Assembly: GCA_002633005.1 (NCBI GenBank)
Contig: NMRA01000051.1
Location: 124,001 to 188,000, forward strand
Reading direction: 5' to 3'
Source: Phoronis australis
Taxonomy: Eukaryota > Animalia > Phoronida
Length of the DNA stretch: 64,000 bases
Below, one piece after another: positions 36,710 to 50,200 of the stretch. Position 1 is the stretch's first letter; each line of letters starts with the position of its first letter. Position numbers and translations under genes: made by a program. The notes below the pieces were generated by a model that made no database searches, was not told the DNA's origin, and worked only from the letters and a program-made list of their open reading frames with translations.

Positions 36710-39195
36710 AACTAGAAAGATTATTGTCACGGCGTGACAATAACGGACTCTGCGCGTGCGTATTACTGGAATTATTATGGGAAGTTACTGACAGCAACCC
36801 GTTTACCAATATGAAAAGGAATTCTTTAAAATTGTAGGAGAAATTACATATTAATTTTTTGATGACCTTTCCACTAATTGACCCCTTTCGGTGCATTATG
36901 AGCCCCGATGAGGGAGTAATTGTTAACTCGATTAAAAGTGTGGTTAATGCTAATAATCACAGATGTTTTACTTTAAGCACTTCAGAATACAAGATGAATG
37001 AATTGGTCAAACTTTCAGAAGAAAAATGCACCTAATGACCCCATGGGTGCACCAAATGAATTGAAAATTTAGAATTCAAACTTAATCGCACTTAGTAAAC
37101 AGATACGTAACTCTGGAGTTTCTATCTCAAAATTTTAATTTGCACTCAATGAAATTTGACCTATATTTTCTGATTGGTTAGGCCTATTGCAAAGTAAAGT
37201 AGGGTATTCAATTGGCATGTTGACTTACACCAGTGTGCTGAAATTGAAAAGAATTCCTTGAAAAACGTAAGACATATAACATTTTGAACGTTACATGACC
37301 TTTGTACTAATTGACCTTATCCGGTGCATTTTAAGCATCTTTAGGAGAATTATTGGAAAGCCCATGGAAAATGTGTTTAACGCTGAGAATCACAGTTGTC
37401 TAACGGTTGACACATCAGAATACTTGCTGATTGAAAAGGTCAAATTTTCAGAAGACAAATGCACCTAATGACCCTATGTTTGCACTAAATGACCTGAAAC
37501 TTTGGATTCCGATTTGATTTACCTGCGGCAATCAGACCTGTCAATTTGAAGTGTCTAGCTTAAAATTTTAGTTTGCACCTAATGACCTTTGACCTATTTC
37601 ACCTGATAGGATGACCCGATTACTTAGAAAAGTAATTCTTTAAATTGTCATGTTGACTTATACCTGTGCACCGAATTTGAAAAAAATAGCTTTAAAACTG
37701 AAGGAGGAGTAGCATTTTGAAAATTATATGACCTTTGCACCAAACGACCTCTTCCGGTGCAATATGGAATATGATTATATAATTATTCAAAATTGATATA
37801 CTGTCAAAAGTAATATGCTGAATTTAAAGACCGTACCTGCTCCCAATTTGGAGTTATTAAGCCTCAAAGTTGGTCGGAAGACGAATAAGAAGAACTAGAA
37901 AGATTATTGTCACGGCGTGACAATAACGGATTCTGCGCGTGCGTATTACTGGAATTATTATGGGAAGTTACTGACAGCAACCCGTTTACCAATATGAAAA
38001 GGAATTCTTTAAAACTGTAGGAGAAATTACATATTAATTTTTTGATGACATTTCCACTAATCGACCTGTTCCGGTGCATTATGAGCCCCGATGAGGGAGT
38101 AATTGTTAACTCAATTAAAAGTGTGGTTAATACTAATAATCACAGATGTTTTACTTTAAGCACTTCAGAATACAAGATGAATGAAGTGGTCAAACTTTCA
38201 GAAGAAAAATGCACCTAATGACCCCATGGGTGCACCAAATGACCTGAAAATTTAGAATTCAAACTCAATCGCACTCAGTAAACAGATACGTAATTCTGAA
38301 GTCTCTAGCTCAAAATTTTATTTTGCACCCAATGACCTTTGACCTATTTTTCTGATTGGTTAGGCCTATTACGAAGTAAAGTAGGGTATTCAATTGGTAT
38401 GTTGACTTATACACCAGTGTGCTGAAATTGAAAAGAATTCCTTGAAAAACGTAAGATATAACATTTTGAACGTTACATGACCTTTGCACTAATTGACCTT
38501 ATCCGGTGCATTTTAAGCATCTTTAGGAGAATTATTGCAAAGACCATAGCTGAGAATCACAGATGTCTAACGGTTGACACATCAGAATACTTGCTGATTG
38601 AAAAGGTCAAATTTTCAGAAGAAAAATGCACCTAATGACCCCATGTTTGCACTAAATGACCTGAAACTTTAGATTCCGATTTGATTTACCTGTGGCAATC
38701 AGACCTGTCAATTTGAAGTATCTAGCTCAAAATTTTAGTTTGCACCTAATTACCTTTGACCTATTTCACCTGATTGGATGACCTGATTACTTAGGAAAGT
38801 AATTTTTTAAATTGTCATGTTCACTTATACCTGTGCACCGAATTTGAAAAAGATAGCTTTAAAACTGAAGGAGGAGTAGCATTTTGAAAATTATATGACC
38901 TTTGCACCAAACGACCTCTTCCGGTGCAATATAGAATATGATTATATAACCAATCAAAAATTTATGTACTGTCAAAAGTCATGTGCTGAATTTAAAGACT
39001 GTACCTGCACCCATTTTGGAGTTATTCAGCCTCAAAGTTGGTCGGAAGAAGAATAAGAAGAATAAGAATAAGAATAAAATTGAAGAAAACCCAGGAACAA
39101 CAGTACTCTGCGCTTACACGCGCAGAGTAATTAGAATAAAATTGAAGAAAACCCAGGAACAACAGTACTCGGCGCTTACACGCGCAGAGTAATTA
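36710..39195. mobile_element. Two nested Helentron-type non-autonomous (HINE/DINE-1-like) elements
   Basis: Two heads (AACTAG + hairpin TTATTGTCACGGCGTGACAATAA at 36710 and 37893), ~430-bp internal subrepeats, (AAGAAT)n, and two tails with the stem-loop ACTCTGCGCTTACACGCGCAGAGT (one mismatch in the second copy). Sub-TIR CTCTGCGCGTG/CACGCGCAGAG. Confidence 0.8.
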
Positions 39196-39375
39196 CATGA
39201 CTTTATTTTGTATCATATAAATGTTCAAGATAAAATCTCGAAAACACGTCACAGTTTTCATTTTTTGCAACTTTATTTTTTCAGAAAAATATCGGTCCTT
39301 TTTTTACAATCCCTCACACAAAAGTAGAAGAATTCAAAAACACGTTTTTATGTAATTTTGGAAAACAGTGTATAA

Positions 39376-39520
39376 CATGGGCGGCGCACCATAGGGGGCT
39401 GGGGAGGTTATAGCCCCCACTTTTTTCAATGTTACGCCGCACATGGTCTATAGGCGGTGCACTACAGGGGGCGTTGATGGGGCTTTAGCCCCCACCTTTT
39501 TCAGTGCTGCGCCACCCATG
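39376..39520. mobile_element. CATGGGCGGCGC-family MITE
   Basis: tataa|CATGGGCGGCGCA...TGCGCCACCCATG|tataa. Confidence 0.85.
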
Positions 39521-40019
39521 TATAAGGCATACTATCTGAAACTGTGTTGTGAATCGTTTCAGTCACTTGTGAGATATAATGTTTCGAAGTCGACCAAATC
39601 TGAATATAATTTAACCCAGTCGTGTTTCATCCAAGTCGCCATTGAAATTAATTCCTACGTGTTGAAAATACAGTTTGGACGATTTCATTATTTTTTTGGG
39701 AATTAATGTGCTATATTCATATATCCAGTACATATATAGTTGATTTGCAAGGGATATTGTGAACTTAGGTCACGTTTTATGAAAGAAGTTCAATTGAAGC
39801 ACCAACTCATTAGTCCTACAAGTCAGCGCTTGTTTTATGTTCAGATCGAGTCGAGCTTGTGTGGGCTAAGGGTCGTGGGGGTTGTGGGTCGAGGGGGTCG
39901 AGGTGTGTGGGGGTCGAAGGGGTTTCAGATTAACCCCGTTAATACAAATAGACGTATGATACATATATATTGTGTTACGTGTATTGCGCTTGAGACCAGA
40001 TAACGTTGCGAATTGGTCC

Positions 40020-40480
40020 ACAAGATCTATTGTTTTTTGAGTGATTTTTAACCATCAGTTGCAACTGTAGTGTCATCAGCATATTGGAGAATTTAATAAT
40101 TCCAACTTTCAAAAATTGCGCCTTTAACTTCTCTACAATTCCTGAATACATTTTTTATGAGTTCAACGTATAACACAAACAAATATGGAAAGACAAGGTA
40201 CCCTTGTTTACATTTACGTTCAACCCTCAAAGAAGATACCATTTTGCCAATCCACTTAAAAAATTATCTCCAAAACCAAATAATTTCGAGACACAAAACA
40301 CGCAGTCCAAGATAATGAATCAAATGCTTTCGCAAAATCAACTATTGTCACTGAACAGGGGCCATAACTGTTACGATGAGATCCCGTGCTGTCTTTCATT
40401 GACAGATCATTTAATTTGTAAAAAAATCTCACCATCTGCGAGGTAAATGAACTGTTAAAGCCCCTGTAACTGCATTACCA
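40020..40480 (-). mobile_element. Degraded L1/Tx1-like reverse transcriptase fragment
   Basis: The minus strand reads KQGYLVFPYLFVLYVEL (decayed RQG.PLSPYLF) and LQYADDTTV (40089-40063). Confidence 0.7.
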
Positions 40481-41496
40481 TTTATCGGTTTTACCATAAA
40501 TGTTGGAAGCAATACAGTTCTGATTTTACGTAACAAGAGATGGCGCTGCGAGAAAACGCTCGTAAAATCTAAGCTTAAGAATAGATCTAGCCAGTCCTTT
40601 CGCTCGCAGTGTACCACGATTAAAATCCTCAATTTCAACGTTATGCTATTTCGCGGGAATGTGTATTGTTTATTAACAACCAGTGCCCGATTGCATGAAA
40701 CAGTCCCAAATAGGGACTCAACTAAGCTCCCTAAAACCTAGCGTATTTTTGGACTTGTGACAAACATCAATTTCTCTTTCTTTGATACAAATCGTGAGTG
40801 AACTCCACGTTGAATTGTCAATATTATGGAAAATAATTAGGGATCTTTTCATGCAACACCCCCGATTTAAGGACTGAGTCCCTATTTTTTTCAATGAACT
40901 CTGGGCTCAATTTTTAGTTACATTATTAGAAAATGTCATTAATCAGAGGAGCTCATAATAAAGATGAAATGATAGAAAAATATTGCATCTGTGATTCCAT
41001 GAAGACACAAATCTTAGTACGCAAGAAGACTTTTAGTACACAAGCCAAACTACTGCGTTTTATTGCTATCCTAAGAAAAACCGTTAAGCTGTTTTTATGC
41101 TTTCCACCTAAAAAGATAACTTATACCGAGACTGAGATTCCCATCCTAACTTTTGTTCACGGCAGTTTGAACCAGTTTAAGATTATCCTCGATTTTTAAA
41201 AATAACCAAACGTGTGTCTTGACCTACTACGCCAAAATGGGCTGATAACTGAATTAGTTTTTACGTTAGGGACACAGAAGTACTTTTGACAAAAATGTGA
41301 AATTCACACCCATCTCAAATTAATGAATGCAATCCCTTAAAAAACTGATTAGTTTTGTTTCAAGATGCCAGTTTTACGTCTGAAAGTTTTTAAAATTTCT
41401 ATTTCCAGGCTTCATTACCGATTGTCTTACGTCCGCGTAAGTTTTTTTGAGGATATTGGGTACTTCAAATTCTAGCGTTTCGGCTTCTACACAAAT

Positions 41497-41644
41497 CATG
41501 GGCGGCGCAGCACTGAAAAAAGTGTGGGGACTAAAGCCCCTCCCCAACCCCCTGTGGTGCATTGCCTATATACCACGAGCAGTGTAGCACTGGAAAATGT
41601 GGAGGGCTACAGACCCCGCAGCCCCCTATGCTGCACCGCCCATG
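41497..41644. mobile_element. CATGGGCGGCGC-family MITE (opposite orientation to 39376)
   Basis: caaat|CATGGGCGGCGCAGC...GCTGCACCGCCCATG|caaat. Confidence 0.85.
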
Positions 41645-42208
41645 CAAATCAGTTTTTTCTTTTATTTGGATACCCATCATGTTTTCTATGAAAGAAGAGG
41701 GAGGTCACCCACTCAATTTTAACCTATTTAGACCAAGCAGCGTCACATACATTACAAGAATGAACAAATTTACCTCAAGGGGGCGCCAAGTTCAAGATCA
41801 GCATTACCCCCAGCCGCTGCGTTTTACCAAGTGGTCATTATGTTACATTGTTGAGATTGTGGAATAAGAGTATTTGATACGATTGATCAAAAAAGATTTT
41901 TCTAACATAAACTCGAGTGTGCCGTTTAAATTCAATCAAACATCATGTTTACGTACTTGGCTTTGTCTTCCGTTTAGTATGACGTCATTCTGAAATTTGA
42001 TGTCATGTGCTATTATTTACTGCCATATTAACAAAAATTCAAACGTAAACTCATAATGTCTCATGTTAAATAATCTGTTACTTGAAATAAACAATACTTT
42101 ATGTTGTGTTTTATAAATAAGGGTGTGCCTTAAAACAACGGGGGCTTTACGACTTGGCAAACTGTGTTGAAAAACTTAGACGTAATGCTAGCTATATACG
42201 TGTTTGTT

Positions 42209-42214
<6 letters not shown>

Positions 42215-42300
<86 letters not shown>
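42215..42300 (+). repeat. (TG)n microsatellite
   Basis: Direct reading. Confidence 0.95.
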
Positions 42301-42302
<2 letters not shown>

Positions 42303-43930
42303 GACAAAGAACAAGAATACAAATATGGCTAATAATGGTGTTTTGGAAGCACAAAAACAACGAAACAAGGTGCGTTTGCCACAATGTTTTAGAACTGTGT
42401 GTCTAGCATAAGCAAATTGTTGTACTCCTTTTACACATTAAATCTGTATTTCAATGGTTCAGGACAGCAGCTGAATTCAAAGCTACATAAATTACATAAC
42501 GATATTTTTTGAAAATTTAACATAACGTTCAAGCAAAAATAGCAAAAAAAAAATGGTTTTGACACAACTACAATTCAATTCTAATTGACAACTTTTATCA
42601 AGCGAAAAGTTGATAATGAATCAACATCATGCAGCTTACATTATAGACAGTAACCATGGTCTCTACTGGGGCCAGATAGAGACGGTGGATAATGTATACT
42701 TACATTTATGATTGCACTTTAAAGTCCACCTCAAGCAACAAATCTCAAAGATTAAAAACAAGAGTGGCAACGAAATTCTCAGGACGCTACAGCTTTTGCA
42801 TTGTTAATCACATGACAGGAAGCAGTTATTAAATTGCTGTAACTTCAAAAGAAGCCTTAACTGTTAACCCTTGTCATTATTTTCAGGCTTCACTCCTTTC
42901 AACCCATCAAAGTCCGTAAGTTTTGAATCCTCAAATACTGCACAAGAGCAAAGCAGAACATTCATGTGCACTCACTATGTACCTTGCCTACTGCACAAAT
43001 ACAAAGAATAATTACATTGTATTTTAAACATTATTACTAAAAGGAGCAACACTGGTAAACTTAAAATAATATCCAAGGTGCAGAGAGCTAGTCAGCTATC
43101 CTCTCAACGGGAAAATACTATCACTTTTCATGGTGATTCTTCAAGAACTGGCAGATAGGGAGACGGACATCAAAAAACAAACACATAAATAATAAAATGG
43201 ACACCAGGGGTGCAGCATAGGTCAAATTTGTCTGAAAGGAGGCAGGTGCTGTCACCTCCATGACAATAACTTATGTGTCAAATTTCATGAAGATCCATCT
43301 AATAACTTGGAAGATATTGAGCCACAGACAAAAATGCCAAAATCATCTTTAGCTATGCTCTACTTGGTAGGAACACATATACCATGATGGCATGATCTTT
43401 CAAGCATTTTGTAGAAAAGAGAGGCAGATGTCAAAAACAGATTAAAAAATAATAAAAATGACCACTAGATGGCATAGAATACGTCAAATCCATCCAATTA
43501 TGGAAAAACGCCATTGTTTCCATAACAGAAACCTAGAAACCAAATTTCATAAAAATGTACAAAATAACTTTGAAGAAGCAATGGAAAAAAGAAAATTTCC
43601 ACCAGAGGGCACATCTGACATTCATTGCCATTTGTTTCCACGCTCCTAGGAATACTTCTTTAGGAATACACTTACCAAATTTCAAAAATATCCAGCAAGG
43701 AAGCACCACAAATAATTTGCCATTAGAAGACAACCACAGTGGTGGGACCCATTCAAAACTTAACGCCAGTACTGCTTTTCTCAGAAGAAATACATCTGTT
43801 ATCTTTTCCCACTTTTTCTGAGCATTTATGTGGATAGAAAAGATTTCAAAAATTAAAGCAGACTTGCCGAATTGGGTCCTAAAGAGAATGTCCTTTTAAA
43901 AGAGCAAACAAATACACAACGGTTTAGAGT

Positions 43931-44196
43931 TTAGAACTCTCCTGATACAGGTGGTTCATAGGAGCGTTCAGTCTTCAGCTTCTTGTCCGTTATGCAGTCA
44001 GTTACCCAATCAGAGGTCACCAGATGGAACTTGTTGTTCTGACTTCGCCTCTGGTCTCTGAGCAGTGGAAGTCTTGAATAATCCCTGTTGACATGTCAAA
44101 AAGGTGAAGCATATAGTAATATTAATAACAATAGCATTCATAAAAATGATCACAATAGTAATACTGATAATGATAATGATAATGAAAAAAAAATAT

Positions 44197-44235
<39 letters not shown>

Positions 44236-47200
44236 GAACACATAGTAATATTAAACATTGCATTAAACATGTGCATTCTGTTGTCAATAAGTTTTAATTG
44301 GGCCACTTATGTTATCAATTTGGCCTTGTTTTGTTCCTTGCTAAGTTTAGATGGGACCTCCTGGCGTGGGAAGAACTGACAATTCATTAAGTTTTGACAC
44401 CAAGCTCTGATGAAATAACGAACTGCCACCTCTTTTTAAGTCCAGAAATCACACCTACATTGACTAAGAAACAATTTGACACTGATTTCGTAAAGGTTAA
44501 TAGCCTAAAGCAAAACTTATTTGACAGAAAGCACAGCTTTAATGTCATTTTAAGTAAATTAATTACAAAAGCAGTAAATAAGCAATTTCATACAATGCTG
44601 AAGGCTTCAAATGAAAGGTTTTAAATAGAGTTCTAAATTATGGAATTGGCGAGGCTGAAGAGAAGGTGCATTGATCCTACTTTCGTGTTCTTGCTAAGAG
44701 AAGACAGTAAGCTATTTACAAATCTGGGTTTGATGGTGAAACGAGAACTACAAATTAATGGCAGCGCTTAACCCTGGACCTGATCGCATAAAAGTTACTA
44801 ACTGGATATCCACAACGACATCATATTTCCATTGTGAAACAATTATTTAGAGGTCTTGCAAAAATCAAAATTATACAGTGGAAAAAAATTATGCAACCCA
44901 GTCCTGACAGGCAGGTCACAGAAATCACATAAAATAGGTGTTGCACGACATCATTTTGGTAGCAGGACAACTGCAAGTGCAGAGGAGCAGAGAGTGAGTA
45001 AAAACCCAACTGTCAGTCAAGCTAATACAGACATTCAACCAGTAACAACAGATTCATGAGACTATGAAAATGTGCACAATTTGCACAACGATCTGGATAC
45101 AACTGAAAATGCACTTAGTCTAATAACTTGAAACGAGACTATGACAAAAAAAACAACAGATTGATGCAGATGGAATGTCAGTGTTCCACAAATGTTTTGG
45201 AGCAGGCAATTGAACCACGAGAACCTATTTTGCAAAGTACTGCTAGTCTGAGGTCAATCTCACCTGCTTTCTACAATAACATGGGTAACCTCTTTGCTTA
45301 ATGTAGTGTCAACAGTAGCTCCATGTAGCTGCAGGTCTAAGACAGACAGGTCAAGGCCAGAGGTCACAAGATGAGTGGAAGGGTCACCAATGATGGCGTT
45401 GTTGTCAACATATGCTCTGCAAGAGTAGAAACAATGCATATTATGAGAGAGCATGTGTAAAGGGAGACTGATTGAATATATGGTACACAAGTCTGAAATC
45501 TGAACAAGAAATGAACTGCATAGGTTGCCTGAATAGTTGTACAGTGCTAACAAAACAAAATGTGATAACTACAGTAAATTTATGTCAATTTAAAACTGAC
45601 ACATAATTAGGGATATTTTAGGAGAGCTTCACGTCAATGGTGCATAAAATATTTCATCTAATTTCAGGCTAACTGGACCATCAAACTCTGGTTGGGAATC
45701 ACCGGCGCCTTATTTTATCTCGCTACTATAATGATACACGATGCATTTAGATTGACTTCCCAAATCATAATATAAGAGTGTTAAACTTCAACTCCAATCG
45801 TTATTACCAGTCCTTTTTGCTTTTAACAAAATTAACTGTCATGTCAAGGAAAAGATATATTGTCTGATACTTTCCTCTTGTACTGTAAATAATTTTACAG
45901 GGTTGACAAACTTTGTTGACAAACTGATGGCTTTTTGTCACTTTTGTCTTGCTGCTACCCAGAGTGTTCATATTGTTTTGCATAGCTCATTTGTGAATAT
46001 GTCACACATAAAATGTTCAATGTGACAAGTCATGAGTTTAATATAATCTACTGTGCTGTAGTGGGGCGTAGGCGCACGTACATGCAGCCAACCACCTTTT
46101 GGCATTTGAACGTAGAGCCTATGCACCGTAAGTTGCGTTCAGTGCTCAAGATGATACGATGGGCTTTGGGCGCCTACATACCTCTAATTTTACCACTACA
46201 CCACTGATAACCTAATGAGTAGGTAGTTTAATTATGTGCAAGGCAGGTCCTCCTAATGTGAATGTTCACATGAAGTTACTGTAGTTCTCAGTATATTCTG
46301 CACATGTCCTTGTACTTCCAAAATAAAAAAAAAAAAAACAGTGACAAAGTAACAGAGAACTCAACAGTTTGTAGCAGTATAAAGGCCACCAATCTTTCAC
46401 CTGACAGGTTTGAAGAGACAGGCCAGGTTACCCTCAGTGTACATTTCAGCCTCCACTTCCATCCTGTCTTCTATGTGTGGGCAGGCCAAGTCATCAACAC
46501 CCTGTGCTAGCATACGCTGCATCACCTCCTTCACAGCTGACGGGGAAGTGCTGTCGTAGAAACTGTCGCCATAGCGATCATGGACTAAGGCCAGCTGTGC
46601 CTCAGTGTGTGGACAGGCGTGAATCATATCAGTGGGCAGCCTGGTGGCAAATACATGAAACAAATCAGGCTTGAAAACATGAACCACAGGCTTTTATTCA
46701 TTCATTTAAATGACTTTGAATCACACAAGTTTAAATTTGATTAGAGAGAATAAACTTGAAAACAGATAAACTGGTTCAATTGCTTTACAAGCTTTAACAT
46801 GTAGTGGTTGTAATAGGTGATCTGGTCAACAAGACAACATAACCCACAAATGTGGGTTCAGGGTAGACACAGTCATTCAAAAGCTACTCAAAAGCAAATT
46901 ATTATTCAGAGAGGCAACACTCTCTATGTCTTTGCATGTACCAGAGAGTGCAGTGATAAAGTAAAGCAAGTCAATAGGTGTCCCACCAATACAACTAAGC
47001 TAAATGTTTTTCAAGAAGAGTGAAAAAAGCAAAGGGCCAAATTTCTGTCTGATGTCTTCAATCGCTTTCATAAAACAGACCCAAGATAGGCAATAGCAGC
47101 GAAGTCTACATGTTTACAAAACTCATGGAATCTCACAAAATTACTGACTTTCACCACTGTCAGCATGTTTAGACCCATTTTAATGTTATCTATCTCAAAC

Positions 47201-50200
47201 ACTATAACGCAAATCTAACAGTGGATTTATTCTTAAATTACATTTCTTTCTTAATCACACAACAGTTTCTACTATAATCTCATCAAAGAAACAGATTTAG
47301 ATCACTTACTAGCTACAAAGCATGTCTCAGTTTGTTCCATACTCAGATGAGAATTGTTTTCTGGGTTACGAAGTTTCTGACCATTTGCTATTGCCCGAAA
47401 TCCTCCTTGTCACATAAAATAACCTCTGTGACAAACCAAAATTATACCGAATCTGGGGTGTGATTCATGAAAGTGACTTAAATGTAAGGCTGAAATTTTT
47501 CTTATGCTCACACTTCACAATTGCTAAAAAAGGATAACCAAGAAGTCCTGAGCACAGGGAAGTCTAGAAATAATTTAGAAAAATTACCGTTAGTAACTAG
47601 CAGTTGTGTGTGTATATTCCCACAGACTTTTCTCTTTTTTCAGAAATAACTACGCAGAGTGTAAGACAAAATTTTTGATTTTAACGTGTAATCATGTTTC
47701 ATGAAACAGACACAGTAACTAATTCCCAAATCTTCAATATGAACAAGCAGCTAGATGTGACCGGTTTAAATTTTATACCTTAATGTGGTCCAACTTTCAA
47801 AATTTGTTGACAAAAGGCATACAAATGGAGCTTCAATTCTGTGCAATTAAACACAAACACTGTTCAAAAAGTAACCAACTTAGAAAGCAGTATCAAAATG
47901 TTTCAACAAATGACACTGCACAAAGTGTTGTCTGTTTCTATGATGTGCCTAGAGCCTTAATTACAGAATAATTAAATGTTGATTTGATCAAAAGGTTTCA
48001 ACAAATGAAATGAGCCATGTATATTGTTACCAGGGAAGGAGCCTTTTTTCCTTGACGCACCGTAGCAGCCAGTCGATTCTCACCACATCATACTTGTTGG
48101 ATGTGATGAGATTTTTTACTTTTGTAACAACTTTCTCAGCCAAAACACAGAATGTTCCTGCATCAGGATGCTGGGCAATACGACCACCGCATTCCAAGAT
48201 TAACTTTTCCAGTTCAGCTTTGGAGTGGGATTCTATGCCTTGCATGACACATATTTCTTTGCCACACAAGATTTCAGAAACCTGTAAAATCAATGAAACA
48301 TATTACACTGCTACTCATTGGCACAAATATCAAGAACTGCATTTGTTACTCTCACAACCTCAACATATGAGCTGTGCCCACGTTTTCAAAAATTATTGGT
48401 TGGTCATTCCTGTACAAGTACCCTACCAAATGAATTGTGAACCACACTGTACATAACACAGTCACTTCATGTTGCCACTCTTAGGTAACTTTTCGTCAGT
48501 ACCTTGTTTACTTGTGAAATGTCGACCCCTCGGTACTTGCTAGCAACACTTGGCTTCACTGATTGGCTGGTCACCTTTCTTCGTTTTTTAACAGGAACAT
48601 CTTCTTCATCACCAGCTTCTGCATACTTGGCCGTCAATTTTCCTTTCTGTAAGTTCAGATTTCAACTAATGAGAAACATAATAATACAACAAAATTTGAT
48701 GACGGATATCATCATTCATCAACCTGAACTAGTTGATGCTAAACTATAATTCAAAACGTCTAAAAAACCTAGATTGTCTGGCTCTTGCTTTTTCGCATCA
48801 GCAACCCCCCAGAAATCGCTTTCATATTGCATCCAGGTTCAGGGTCCAGCAATAGTGACAGAAACCCGACAGTCACAGTTCCCCAGTCGAGTAATTCAAA
48901 TGGCTCCACAATGTCGGGGAACAAATAGCAAGTGAATTTTTCCACAAATTTTGAATTAACTTTTTGCAACATATACAATGAGATGTTTTGCTCTTGCCCC
49001 CGCTACAGTGTTCTCTAATCACATTATTACAAACTGAGAGTTTCTCACAATATTCAGTGGAAATAATATGGAGTGTGGGCCCTCATGGTAACTAATTCTG
49101 AGCACTGATAAGGCTACCTTTAAACAACTTGTTGAATTGATTATGGTCATCAGGAGTTCTAATGTGACATATGCCACAAATTTCATCCCACTTTTAGAAT
49201 CATTTCCTTAAAGTTGTGTTTTGTCTAATTGAAAGGAAGACCCTTTGAAAGCATTTCAAGCCTCTAACAAGGATATAATTACCTTATATGACAGTGTAGA
49301 CTCTGAATGGCAACAGACACTGCGGACCAAGGCAGAGCTTTATCAAGTCAGTGTGTAATCTACAATATAAATACCTTACTCAGTTCCTGAATGTCCACTG
49401 TTGTCATGCACTCATGCCACGCCTTGTCGCCACGGATACATTCCACTCTTGGGAACCTTGTAGTGCAACCTGTCTTAAAGCTGCTACTAGGAACAATTTC
49501 AGTTGCCTTGATCTGGAACAAAAATTTAACAGTAAATTGTACCAATAAATAAAACAAGATGTTTAACTTTTGACATGTTTTGATGTACCCACATACATCA
49601 TTCTCATGAAAGCAATAGCCATCCAATGAACATCAGACCCAAACAGTGTACACATAAAAGAGCTAGAGGGATACCTGCACAACAAAAACTTCAATGACAA
49701 AATTCACAAGACCAGTGATAACCTGCTGTGAGCCAACTGTTCATTAAGATCAGGCTTAAGCCGACTGATGTGTGCTTTTAAGCTTCTTTGTTGTTTCAGC
49801 CTTACCAACGGTTATACTGGTCAGGAGCATTATTCAATTTATATTCAGCATTGCAATGGCTGCATAAAGTAATTATTAATCTGAGAATTGTTGTCAGCAC
49901 CAAAATTTTCTTTGGCACAGGTCTTAAAGTGGCGATTAGTTTCAAAAAAAAAAAAACAAAAAAACAGCAGGAGCCACCAACAAGCACACAAAAAAATTAA
50001 AGATCTTGTTTTATTTATAAACACTGTGACACACTTTTTTTACTGAGGCCATGAAGCTGTTAAATATACATATCAAATAAACATGCTTCCCAGTCACCCA
50101 CATGACTCCACAGCTTTAGACGATTTGGTATCTGAAATTTAGAACTTTTTACCACAATCATTTTCAAGGTTGCTATGGAATCAATTATTGCTAAGGCAAC

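Noticed and set aside
42130-42411. (HT)n and (CV)n ORFs
   Set aside because: They are translations of the TG microsatellite.
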